NCBI RefSeq assembly: GCF_006345805.1 | Contig: NC_043004.1 | Location: 47,244,001 to 47,308,000, forward strand | DNA: 64,000 nt | Direction of reading: 5' to 3' | Source: Octopus sinensis | Taxonomy: Eukaryota | Shown: piece by piece, positions 10,597 to 21,790 of the stretch | How the letters are laid out: every line of letters starts with the position of its first letter | How positions within the stretch are numbered: position 1 is the first letter of the stretch | Notes under the pieces: model-generated | What the model was told of the DNA's origin: nothing | The model's database searches: none | The model's input: the letters and a program-made list of their open reading frames with translations, nothing else | Translations under genes and position numbers: made by a program

Positions 10597-13265
10597 CTTT
10601 ATTTTAAGCAGCAGAAAATTCAACAAAATCTGTTACTCTGAGTTTCTCGTTGCCGTTCATCAGACAGTTTTTGCTAGAATGGAACATATATATTAATTCA
10701 ATCTATACTCTTACAAACGCTACACCTTTAAAAAGAAATGGACTTGTTTGATTGGCCCTTTAGAAAAAAACGGTCAATCTTCGAGCGATAAACAAAAAGG
10801 TCAAAAATATATGTATATATATATATAAAAACTTATAAAAATTATAAAAATTATAAAATCCGAGGAAAAAACCGAGGAAAAAACCTATTGCCGTTAATGA
10901 AGACAGTACAAATTAATGCATAGAAATTAAACCTGTTATAAATACTGCAATACATATTTATATTAAAATCCACATATATATATCAACATACACAAAAGGA
11001 TGCGCGTAAACGCCATACATACATATACAGACGTATGAATATGAATCTAAATTATACACATAAAAGCATGTGTACATATATTCACGCAAACCGTCTCGCA
11101 CGCAAGCTAAAATTCATCTATGTAGCAATTCTCATATACTGAGCAAGGAGGGGGAACGAAAGAAAGGGAAAGAGAGAAAAAGGAACGAAAGAGGGGGGGG
11201 AACTTGTAGCGATGTTATTGGCATCTATAGAGGCCAGTATACATACACAAGTTTGAATTGATACATATACATACCGTCGTGTGTATGCGTGCTTAAGCAC
11301 AAGCATACTTTCACTTACACATACACAGATACGCATGCTTACAAATACATATGCTTTGCTATACACAAACTTATATAAACATTCTAAATTTGACAACATT
11401 GCTTTTTTTAAAAAAACATTGCTTTTAAAAAATGGGTGCATTAATAAAAATATATACGAAAGACATATAAAATAAAATATAACATCCTATTTTGGGTCAT
11501 TTATAAATAATCAAGGTAATATAATAATCAAGGTAATCCTATGCAATACAATAACATGAAAACAGAGTTTGTAGGTTTTTCCTAATATATATGTAGAAAC
11601 AATAAGACTTTGCTATAGATCCGTCGTAGCGCTTAAGAGTCAAAATCAAAAATCAAAAATCAAAATACAAAATATATACTCTATCCATATGGTATATTTA
11701 TATTCGACATTTTAAATTTAGCCGCGTGCCTACATAAGTTCATTAACTCACTTCTTTGATTCAAAGAATTATTGTCTTTGAATAATATGTGCATTTTTTC
11801 TAATAAGCAAAGCTTGCACTTGAAATTATATTTGTAAGCTCCATGCCTGTATGGTGCCGCCCTGTCCAGAATGCTCCATGTCACGTTGAAAGGTGGGGCT
11901 TCCTTTTCTTTTAGTTCCCAGACATATTTTGCTAGGCTGGTTTTCTTCCTATTCTCTGGGTATTTAAAAGAATTCTTATGAGAATAAAATCTTGTTTTAA
12001 ATGAATTTTCTGAAGCCCCTGTGTATGTCTTGTATTCCGATGAGCCTTCCACTTGCACCTTGGCTCTATAAACCACTCCTTTCACTAGACATTTCCCTTC
12101 TAACGGACAGGAGCTTTCGTTTTTGCAATTACATTTTTTAATGGGCTCGGCACCATGTCTAATCTCAATTAGCTTCCTATTATGTTGGCTAATGTAAGAG
12201 GCGAAATTTCTGCAACAAGAATAGCTAACCTTCAGGGTTCTTCTATTAAATATTCTGTAGAATTTATGACCCTGCTTAAAATGCTTAGAGACTAATCTCA
12301 AAAATTCCTTACCTATATTAGTCTTTACGGCCAAATTGAAAGCCGGGTTGAACCACAAAACTTTCCTGGTCCTAGTTCTTCGTGCAGCATTATTATTAGC
12401 ATTAAGCTGGTTGAACTGGATCTTCTCCGAGAATCCACTATTCTTTAATGCGCTATCGTAATAAGGTGCAGCATTATGGAATGCTGCCTCGTCCGAAGAA
12501 ATTGAAGATATTCTTCTACCTACATTGCTGACTAAGTTGCTAAGGATAACTGGTGGATGGTTCGAATCTTTGCTAATATACGATAGCTTTTCATTGGGCT
12601 TACGGAAAGGTTTAAATCTATCCGATCTTACATTAAAATTTACGTCTAAAAAATCTACACTATTCAGGTTAGTATCTATCGTATTCCGTAAGCCCATCCT
12701 TTGAAAGAAAGCTATAAGGTCCTTCCTAAGTCTATCTGATTCATGGCCGTTTAGATTATGCGTGGCTATAAGGCCGTCATCCCTATATAGACCTGCATCT
12801 ATAAATGGGAATTCTATTTTTAGATTATGGAGAATAAAGGCTCCTATGAGCATACATAATTCAGCCCCGTCGTATGCCCCCATCGGTACATCGAAAAGAG
12901 AATCCTCAGTCTTCTTAATCCAGGTGGAATCCTCGAAAAACAGAAGCGATTTCCTCGCATGCATAATAATTTCAATTTCCGAGCTATCGATGTTGACATA
13001 CTGCTTGGCGAAGTCCAATGCCCTTAGGAGCAACGTCCTAGATATCGACGGGTAAAAGTCAATAATGTCGAATTGTGTGAAACTACAATTATTCTTATAG
13101 CTAATACCTTTAAACCACTCTATAACTGACTTACTATTCTTCCAAATTCTCAAGTCTACTTCACTATCTAACTTAACTAAAATACTGTCCAAAATATTTT
13201 TGCTAATAATTCCTATCTCAGTTTTAGCCGGATTTATCAATCTACATTTAGGGTTTCTACTAAAA
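10597..13265 (-). mobile_element. 5'-truncated Penelope-like retroelement with C-terminal GIY-YIG endonuclease (probably Hydra clade)
   Basis: Contains the 536-codon RT-EN ORF, a ~1.1-kb 3' UTR, a hammerhead-like motif and AATAAA (10598-10603, minus). TA repeats lie at both ends. The clade call rests on remembered motifs (NPKCRLINPAK, CNC..CP..GKC, CKLC, CRH). Confidence 0.9.
10625..10672 (-). ncRNA. Minimal type I hammerhead-like ribozyme in the PLE 3' UTR
   Basis: AAAAACUGU-CUGAUGA-ACGGCAACGA-GAAA-CUCAGAGU-A-ACAGAUUUU. Core intact, stem I 4+4 bp, GCAA-capped stem II, quasi-palindromic stem III, GUA site. A-A mismatch at the base of stem II. Confidence 0.65.
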
Positions 13266-13291
13266 TATATATATTGATAGCTGCTGACCAC
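11681..13291 (-). CDS. PLE reverse transcriptase + GIY-YIG endonuclease, N-terminally truncated, no internal stop
   Basis: RT motifs FDIIDFYPSI, PMGAYDGAELC and YRDDG. Endonuclease VVYRAKV...TYTGASENSFKTRFYSH. The first ~9 codons come from flanking sequence, not from the element. Confidence 0.92.
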   Translation of the reverse strand: MVSSYQYIYFSRNPKCRLINPAKTEIGIISKNILDSILVKLDSEVDLRIWKNSKSVIEWFKGISYKNNCSFTQFDIIDFYPSISRTLLLRALDFAKQYVNIDSSEIEIIMHARKSLLFFEDSTWIKKTEDSLFDVPMGAYDGAELCMLIGAFILHNLKIEFPFIDAGLYRDDGLIATHNLNGHESDRLRKDLIAFFQRMGLRNTIDTNLNSVDFLDVNFNVRSDRFKPFRKPNEKLSYISKDSNHPPVILSNLVSNVGRRISSISSDEAAFHNAAPYYDSALKNSGFSEKIQFNQLNANNNAARRTRTRKVLWFNPAFNLAVKTNIGKEFLRLVSKHFKQGHKFYRIFNRRTLKVSYSCCRNFASYISQHNRKLIEIRHGAEPIKKCNCKNESSCPLEGKCLVKGVVYRAKVQVEGSSEYKTYTGASENSFKTRFYSHKNSFKYPENRKKTSLAKYVWELKEKEAPPFNVTWSILDRAAPYRHGAYKYNFKCKLCLLEKMHILFKDNNSLNQRSELMNLCRHAAKFKMSNINIPYG

Positions 13292-13790
13292 GCTGTCGCG
13301 TCTTCCCCTACCTCCCTAGCACTACCAAACTCACTGACATGCATCACCTTCCCTGTCACGTAACCGACTCCTTTTTCTGCACCTCTAGTAATGTTATTTA
13401 CTGTACCTCCTGCTTTCTCTCTCCTTCCCTGTACATTATACAAATGGGCGTCGCTTGGCTGACCGGTTCGGAGAGCAGCTCCAAGGCATCAGACTCGACA
13501 ATGATGCCCCGGTCTCGACCCACTCCTGCTCTACCGGTCATTCGCTATGTCATCTGTCTCTGTTCGGATTGTCTCTTCATGAGCCACCCGAACTCCCGCT
13601 TTTGCCGTGAACAGGTAATAATCTTCTGTCTTCGTTCCTTTGCGCCATATAGGCTCAGCTCACTACCTCTCTTCATCTGACACCAACCCCAAACGGATTC
13701 ACACAGACCTCCCACATCCCACTGCCCTATTCCACCTATATACCTGCATACCACCTAACTCGTCACCCTCACCAAACAAACTGTTGACAA
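13275..13790 (+). mobile_element. PLE GIY-YIG endonuclease fragment plus 3' UTR, copy 2
   Basis: HVTDSFFCTSSNVIYCTSC, then frameshifted RRLADRFGE-like and REQVIIFCLRSFAP segments typical of PLE endonuclease C-termini. Confidence 0.75.
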
Positions 13791-13989
13791 ACGTCCTAAA
13801 TGAAAGAGAGAAAAACCACCATCCCATCATGTTCCTAATGTTAATCCAGTGTGAAATCTTGATCAGTATTGAACTAACTTAACTGCATTGCGATTAACAA
13901 CATTAACCGGCTTCAGAAACCAATCTTGCGACTAACAGTCTCTGCTTGTTAAATGTTATCAACTACACACGTCTACAAAAGCAACGGTT

Positions 13990-14210
13990 CTAATAATGGT
14001 TTCAAGTAATAGGACAAGGCCAACAATTAGTGGGGAGGTGCTAACTTGATTACATCAAACCCAGTGCTCGACTGGTACTTCTTTTATGGTCCTCGAAAGA
14101 ATAAAAAGCAAAGTCGACCCTAGCAGAATATGAACTCAGAATATAAAGACAGACAACATGCCGCTAAGGATTTTCCCGGTGTGCTAACATTTCTGCTGAA
14201 TCCTCGCTTT
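13990..14210 (-). mobile_element. Diverged tRNA-derived SINE (39886-type head, different tail)
   Basis: Minus strand: GTTAGCACACCGGG..CTTAGCGGCATG..TTCTGAGTTCATATTC..GTCGACTTTGC..AAGTACCAGTCGAGCACTGGG. Confidence 0.75.
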
Positions 14211-14833
14211 ATTCGGCAGCTTTAATAATAACGCACAATCTTCCCTTGTAGACCCTATGACATATCTACATCCACTCATCGACTACACCATTCAAAACAT
14301 ACATTCTTCGAACCACTGTTTCACTACGATCACATGATGTCTCAGATATACAGAAGCCGACAAACCAATCGCTTTATTCAAGCGTATATATGTGTGAGGG
14401 GGCGTGTTCGCGCGCATGTGTGTGCGAGTTTGTGTGTCTATGTGTGTATACATATGTGTGTGTGAGAGAGTGTGTGTGTGAGAGAGTGTGTGTGTGAGAG
14501 AGTGTGTGTGTACGTGTGCATCACTACTTTGAACACCCCAGTATTTGGAATGCTGAAGAAGTAAAGCAATTTCCAGTAGTCTGTGATATGGCGTTCTTCG
14601 GCAACATGACTCGTATTATTTCACATATTTTGATACGTAATTTTAAACTCTGTATTGAGTTTTTTCCCCATTTAATATCTGTTATCAGATTTTGAGGAAG
14701 AATCAACATTGCATAGCAATGTGCTGCAGTGTATGTCTGAGTGTGTTTGGGCGTACGTGTGTATACGTGTGTATGTTGCCTTTCTTCTGAATGCCCATAA
14801 AACATTCCTTATGCATACCTATAAATATTCATA

Positions 14834-14886
<53 letters not shown>

Positions 14887-16189
14887 ACATGGAGATGAAT
14901 AAATCATTGTCCCATTCCATTTTCTTTTTTGCTGTTTCTTTTCTATAACGTGTCTACTTTTCGATCTTTTCTCAAACGTTTACTGATAGCGCTCAGTGAA
15001 AGCTGGCGTTGAAGTGTAAGGCTGTCTATAATCTGAAATTCCGACGAAACCCATAACTTGATCAAACCAACACAAAAGCAAGATAATTCTTTTGTGATGA
15101 ATCCTTTACACACTCACATACACACACACATTGCCACAATGCATATACCACACAGTTAATAGCATCATTTTAGCTGCGTTTTCGATATCTTCTTTTCTTT
15201 TCGTTCCTATCAGTATTCTTTACAACAAACCTATCTTGACGCGACATATTCATTGATTTTGCAAGAAGTATCTTCAGAAACACCAGATTAGCTCTCACAG
15301 AAATAGACAGCAGACACGGGAAGACAAGAAGGAGCTTACTATAAACATAGATATAATAATAGAATCAGTAGAATAGAGAAACAGTCCGATAATAATTCAT
15401 AGATTCAGTTGCATGACATAGAAATGCATAGAATCATACCCATACATCCCACACATACGCACGCACACACACATTCATGCACACACAAACACACGTATAG
15501 AGATTTTCGATGTAGTTGTGTAATCTGGAAATGTATCATAAAATATATATACACGTATATATTATCATATCTCCGTGAGTGTGTGTGTGTATGCATTATA
15601 TTGTTCACATACAGGATATCAATTACTGCATGTGGATTGTACATACATACTAATGTATATGTTTTCCCTATTAATGAGCAAAGGGACAATGACAAAGAAA
15701 AATCTAATTAGAAAAACATGCGTTAGTTTCCTTTTCTCATTCGATTATAGCGAGTGAAAAATGAATGTCACTATTTTCTGTTGCATCCTCGAAGCCAGAT
15801 TAAGTACAATAGGATGTCGAATATGAATGTGTGACACACACAACCTAAGTAGATCAGACACACAAACAAAGAGAAATCAACGTGCGAGGAGAGATTTAGA
15901 ATGTGTTATTCCAAATTCGCTGTAATTTCACTGCAACCTCAGCACAGCTTATAAAAGTTGGCTTTCCATAATAACCATTAGATCTTTTATTTGCAAAAAA
16001 TAAATGTGTTTGATCTCTTTAAATACGGACATAATCTGATAAAACATGACACACTTCTCAAAGCTATGTATATATATATATATATATATCTTTAAATATC
16101 GTTAAATATCTTGAAATTGTTTCAGCTCCAAGGCTGCAGTCATGCTGGGGCAATATTGTTGACTGTGCTACATCATTATTTTAAACACC

Positions 16190-16895
16190 GCATGATATGT
16201 AGCATTTGGTAAATGAGGGAGTTTGATGCCACTCTCCTCATCTGTGTGTTCTGCCTTGAGATAAGCTCATCTGTAACCGATGACGGGAGGAAATCCAGTT
16301 TTCTTTGGTTTGAAGACACCTACATCTACACTATGCATGTCTGTCAAGCGCTTTGGAATGATATTGAAGAGCTGCGGGCCCTTGAAACCCAAGCTGCTGC
16401 AGTATCTGGTCCTGTATTTTAATGGAGATGCTGGGATCCTAGTCACTGTACAGTGGCGCCTCGTTCTGCTGTTTGTGTAACTATTAATGCCAAAGTTTGT
16501 TACGAGGGCGTCAAGGATTTTCCAAATGAATATTACTGCATATCTTTCCCGCCTTCGTTCTAGAGAGAAGAGTTTTAAATCTTTCAGTCTTTCCCAGTCG
16601 ATGATACGTCGCATTGAGACGATTTTCTTTGTGCAGCTTCGTGTGTTGACTATAGTTGTGAGCAGTAGTCCAAGCGGCTGAGGATGTATGCCCTCCAAAA
16701 AACCAGCATTGTTTCCTTTCTTCTCGTTTCGAAAGTTTGGAGGAGCCGACCAACTAGCCGTCTGCATTTTATCATTAATTTGATAATATGCAAATGGATC
16801 AATTCATTATTGTTCGTGTCAATGCCCAGGCCGAACATTGATTTTGACTCAGAGATTGCAATCTCTCCCGAGCCAGTGCATCCTGTCTGCATGAT
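16190..16895 (-). mobile_element. CR1/L2-group LINE, 3' RT fragment
   Basis: LVFWRAYILSRLDYCSQL and WERLKDLKLFSLERRRERYAVIFIWKIL, ending in a D.FL...DE....RR.ASNSL-type C-terminus. Frameshifted. Confidence 0.8.
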
Positions 16896-17139
16896 GTTCA
16901 GCTTTCAGTACGGACACACTCACGCACACACACACACCACACACAGACACACACACACACACGTATACACACACACACGTATACACACACACACACACAC
17001 ATACACACACACACACACATATATAATATTGTACATATGTATTTACATAAGCATAAAATTATGAAAGTTGGCAAAGCAGTAGGCGTCGTTAGATTTTGCG
17101 GCTGCAGCAAAAGTTCTCGGTCTTATCGTTAAAGGCACG

Positions 17140-17890
17140 GAATTGAGAATCAGAATTTTTGGTCGATAACTGATAAAAAATTAGGGTCCATCTCTGTCTG
17201 TTCTACGCCTACGTTTTCTAGTATTTAATGCATTTCCCATTTATTGAATAACTGAACACCATGGATTTGTTAACAATATGCTTTAATAAATTTTTTGCGA
17301 CTCTATCTTCTTTCTCTCTCTCTCGTCCTCATATTCATTTTCTAGCATCCCTACTTCCTCTCTCCCTCTACCTTGTCTTCTCACTCCTCATTCTAGACTT
17401 TCTTCTTTTCTTCTTTCCTTCCCTGTTCTCTTTGCCTCTCTCTCTCTCCATCTCTCTCCTTGTCTTCTATCTGCTGCTTACACGTGACTCGTGACGAGTT
17501 TGCTCATCTCTGCCTTTCCGCCACCGGACGCTTGGCCTACCGGTCAACATTGTCTCCTCTCTCACTATTTCTATTTTTATATCCATTGAGGATTTCTTCT
17601 AAGCGCAACTCATGATTCTCGGGTTTGGCCGAAAGAGTGTATTTATTCCGTCTTCGTCAATCGTTTCAAATTACATTTCTTTACTTTCGTACGTCCACTC
17701 TGTATTATCTTGTTTGCTCGAGCCCTTACTCCCCATGAATTGTGCGGGTGCCGGCGATATACGAAGTTCTCAGTCTTAGAGTGAAAGACACGAAACTGAG
17801 TATCACTATTTTTGGTCGATAACTGATGAAGAATTAGGGTCCATCTTTGTGTGTCCTATGTGAACGTTTTGTATTTATTGAATTCATTTT
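17140..17890 (+). repeat. Two diverged ~95-bp direct repeats (17140-17235 and 17790-17890)
   Basis: Shared TTTTTGGTCGATAACTGAT.AA.AATTAGGGTCCATCT.TGT.TGT.CTA...ACGTTTT. Confidence 0.8.
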
Positions 17891-17949
17891 TTCATTTATA
17901 TATATAGATCGTTAGATACTAAGCCTTTCAAATATTTTCTCTCCCTGAT

Positions 17950-18057
17950 TATTTCTGTGTTCCTTTCTGTCGAAGAGCGTAGGCTCGAAGCGTAAAAGAC
18001 TTCTGTTCGTTCTTTACACACTCGTCTTCGCCTTTTGTTTTCCTGTAAATTCTAACT
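17950..18057 (+). mobile_element. PLE 3'-end fragment with degenerate hammerhead-like motif
   Basis: CTTT-CTGTCGA-A-GAGC-GTAG-GCTC-GAAG-CGT-A-AAAG, same family as 39269, 41965 and 58262. Ends at (TA)n. Confidence 0.7.
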
Positions 18058-18084
18058 ATATATACATATATATATATATGCATA

Positions 18085-18300
18085 ACCTCTATAATTGGCT
18101 GATGATTGCTCAGCATTTAAAAAAATGTTGTAATACTTACAACTTTTAATAAAATGATATGGTACGAAACGATCGTACCAAATTACCGGAATAATTCTTG
18201 TTGCTTATTTTGATGATAATGACCCCCGGATTTTTATGGATAACACCATACAGAATTCTGGTGCATCTAAATTAAGTACCATATTCATTTGAATCTAAAT
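18085..18300 (+). mobile_element. ~215-bp hammerhead-bearing repeat (probable PLE terminal fragment), copy 1
   Basis: The 3' tail CTTGTTGCTTATTTTGAT..CCCC..ATGGATAA.ACCATACA.AATTCTGGTGC..AAGTACCATATTCAT.TGAATCTAAAT is shared with 46480-46700 and, inverted, 41306-41537. TA repeats on both sides. Confidence 0.8.
18093..18184 (+). ncRNA. Type I hammerhead ribozyme with enlarged (60-nt) domain II, copy 1
   Basis: CUGAUGA 18099-18105; GAAA 18166-18169; palindromic stem III ACGAUCGU; GUA site at 18177; stem I UUGG/CCAA. Covaries with copies at 41669 and 46491. Confidence 0.75.
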
Positions 18301-18307
18301 ATGTATA

Positions 18308-18387
<80 letters not shown>

Positions 18388-19825
18388 TATATATATAATA
18401 ACAATTATTATTATTAATATTATCATTATTATTCTACATGGGTATATATTGTAAGAAGCAGAGCCCTATGACAGCAACATTAGATTTTGCTTTATTTTTC
18501 GGTGGGGAGGTGGTTGAATCTCCCATTTAAATGTATTTTTCCCATTTTCGGTAGATAATACCTATTCATCGTGACTTAAATAAGGTTTCTCTTACTATAA
18601 ATAACGTCATAGTCATTCGCTATCTCAGATCATTCTGAATTCAAATGTAGCTAGAAATATGGGCTTATCACATTTCATTAATATGGATACTGTCTTTTGC
18701 CCTAATCGTATATAGATCCCCAACAAATGTGATACTTGAGGAATATATAAGTGGTACTGGAATGTTTACTTCGCTTCATGCACCTGTAGGAGAATCACCA
18801 TAAAAAGTGCAGTGCAGGATTGTCTTCATTTGAATCAGAATTCGTACTACACGGAACAATCATATCAAAGGAAATACCTGCCTGAATTAATGTTCATTTA
18901 TTCTAGGTCAAAAATAGATTCCCGTAATCTTGTGGATATCAGAGAAAACTCCTCTGGTGAATCCGACTAGCAGACCACATAGTAATCTAATTCAGAGGCG
19001 TATAATACAGATTTATTTCTTGCTGAAATCCAGGAGATCCAATCAGCAGGATATCATGAGCTCTAATATTCATAAATATATTAAATTTACAAATGTGTGC
19101 TGAACTAAACACCCAACGGAAGAGTTAAAGCTTTGGTGTGTTTGCTTGCAAAATATAAAGGCAGGCTTGAACCTACAAAAATTATCGTAGGTAGGGGTTA
19201 ATATATTCTCTTATGGATGAATATATCTCATACTGCTCTGAGTTTCACCTGTCGGGGTAGAGTAATTTGGGGAACGTTAAGGTGGTAAGATGGTGGGTTT
19301 CGCACATTTATAAGTAATTTTCTTCTCAAAGGATATGGTGATGGAAAGTATGATAAAAAAGCAAAGAAGAAACACAGAAGATAAGGAGATGGAAAAAAAG
19401 GGTTAATAATAGAAAGAAAATAAAAGTAATGGTAAAAATAAAGGTGAGTAAAAGAAACGAAAGAGAAAAGAGAGAGAGTGGGAGTAAGAACAGACAATGA
19501 CGAGGTAGAGGAAATGAGTAGGAGAGCATGAAGTAGTGTGTATTGGAACGGTCAAACTGCAATGGATCAATACGAAAACTTTAATAGAAGAATAGCAGAT
19601 AACAAAGTTTGGAATCAATAGCTTTTACGGGAAGAAGTGAATGAATGAAGAAGTAAATGGTAACATGTGATAATACGACAATTAAAACGAATAGCAGCAG
19701 GGCTACTGGGTTAAGGGAATTTAAAAAATAGAACTAGATAGTAACGTGGTTCATGTGTCGTATTTTTTCTACATCTCCGATGAAAAGGATTGTATACATA
19801 TATGCGTGCATGTGAGTGTGTGTAT

Positions 19826-19866
<41 letters not shown>

Positions 19867-20210
19867 AGTGTGTGTCTGAGTGTAGGTGTGTGTACGTATG
19901 TATGCGCGCGTGCGCGTGTGTGTGCGTGTGCGTACGTGTTCCTGTGTGCGTAAATGCAAATCTTGTCAATTGCCAGTTATAATTTGCCTGCAGATTCCGA
20001 GCACGGAAATGTGAATCTAAAAAACGTAAGACAACGACTCTACCTGTGTATACACACACACACACACATTCACGCGTGCACACACATGCGCACACTCGCG
20101 TACGCACTGATATAATTTACTTCCTTAACACTCACAAGTCGGGTTTCACGCCGGTGTGATCTCCAAGCGAAGCTCACACACACACAGAAATATATGCATG
20201 TATATATATA

Positions 20211-20261
<51 letters not shown>

Positions 20262-21149
20262 ATATATATAAATATATATATATTCATTTAGAGATAGAAG
20301 GCTCCTACATCTCACCATTTAAAAGAACTCAAATTTAAATACTTACTACTTTATAACTTGGCTACACGTATTTCTTGAGGTACATTTCCCGGTCCCTTAA
20401 CCACGCCGTGTTTTGCTGGAACCATTCCTAATATGATGAAGGGGGCCTGCTATCTCTAAATGAAAATATGTATTATCTCATTGAGAATAATTTGAACCCC
20501 TGTTATGCCGAATTTTTTATTCCCTAACAAATAAAATTAAATATATATATATATGTATGTATGTACGTATGTATGTATGTATGTCTGTATGGAGGTATGT
20601 CTGTATGGATGTATGTATGTATGTATGTATTTATAAATCCATGTAAATATCTCGAAAGTACTCAAAGTTAAGCGAACTTGGTGAACTATAGCAAGCAATC
20701 ATATATCAGTAAATTAAGATAAAATTGACAATCAAGTTAATTCCTCATAAATGACAACAGGTAGATCGAATTATCTCTTAAAAGATTTTCTAGAAATCCG
20801 GAGTGTGTGACAACCTGAATAAACATGGACAAAATCAAATCTTTAATAGATGATAGCATACATCACCGAAAGTAATTCCTATTGTGCTGGCGTATTTTGA
20901 GAAAGAAAAAAAGGTACGAAATGCCAGCCAAATGCAAACAAACGAACAATTGCGCTAATAGAATGTTATCATTGTTATCTAAAACGAACTAAAATAAACC
21001 GAGATAATATCTCCAATACATGCTGGAAATACAAAAAGAGAGATTAAGAAGGAACGTAATATTCCAAGAAAGGCCAATTTAGTTTGTAAACTTTATGATG
21101 ACATCAGTAGATATGAAAAGAATAAAAATAGACATTTTAGCTATTGTCA

Positions 21150-21790
21150 TATGCTAAATAAATTAAGGAAAAAATTAACTTAATATGTCAGAGGAAAAGA
21201 AACTATAAGCTGTAATTCATTATTGAAATATTAAAATGTTTTCTATATTTATGGGAACAATTCAACGTAAGACTGTTTATACAAATTAATACTTCAAATT
21301 CTGAAGCAATTATATGCTACCTTTCCTCTAGTTTTGTACGATGGCGCGTAACTAATAATGAATTCTTCTATATCGTAATTAATGTTCTTCAAATCCCAAA
21401 TGCATTTACGAAGATTCTGAGAATTACATTTTCTTCTCAACTTAAATGTAAAGTAAAAGTTATGTAATCTAGACTTACAATTGTTGCTGAAGAATTTATG
21501 TAATAACACGTACGATTCCCTCCAATACGTTACCTTGGCCTACTAAATACTTCACCACTGATTTTCTAAGGACACATAACCTTGTTTTTAAAATTACAAA
21601 GGCGTCTATTCACTCATGGTTAAAAGAATTAGTACTCACTCCATTCTCAGAATTATGTGTCACTCAAGGATTATTAGCTGTATTATATTCAATATTGTTA
21701 CTAGGTATTATCATAAAGCTGCAATCCATTTAACAGTTGGAGTTACCTTCACCTAAGGTATCGAAAACTTTTTAGGAAAATTATGGTTAG
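21150..21790 (-). mobile_element. Highly decayed second PLE of the same (Hydra-like) type
   Basis: CKSRLHNFYFTFK..NSQNLRKCIWDLKNINYDIEEFIISYAPSY parallels FKTRFYSHKNSFK..TSLAKYVWELKE..NVTWSILDRAAPY of the 11681 ORF. Confidence 0.6.

Noticed and set aside
11450-13291. Selenoprotein recoding, known for some PLEs (Naiads)
   Set aside because: The ORF has no in-frame TGA, the conserved positions are Cys, the endonuclease is C-terminal, and I saw no SECIS-like AUGA/AA/GA hairpin in the near 3' UTR.
18099-18165. SECIS reading of the long domain II (AUGA..AAAA..UGA)
   Set aside because: The spacing to the 3' GA is too long and the pattern is not kept in the other two copies.
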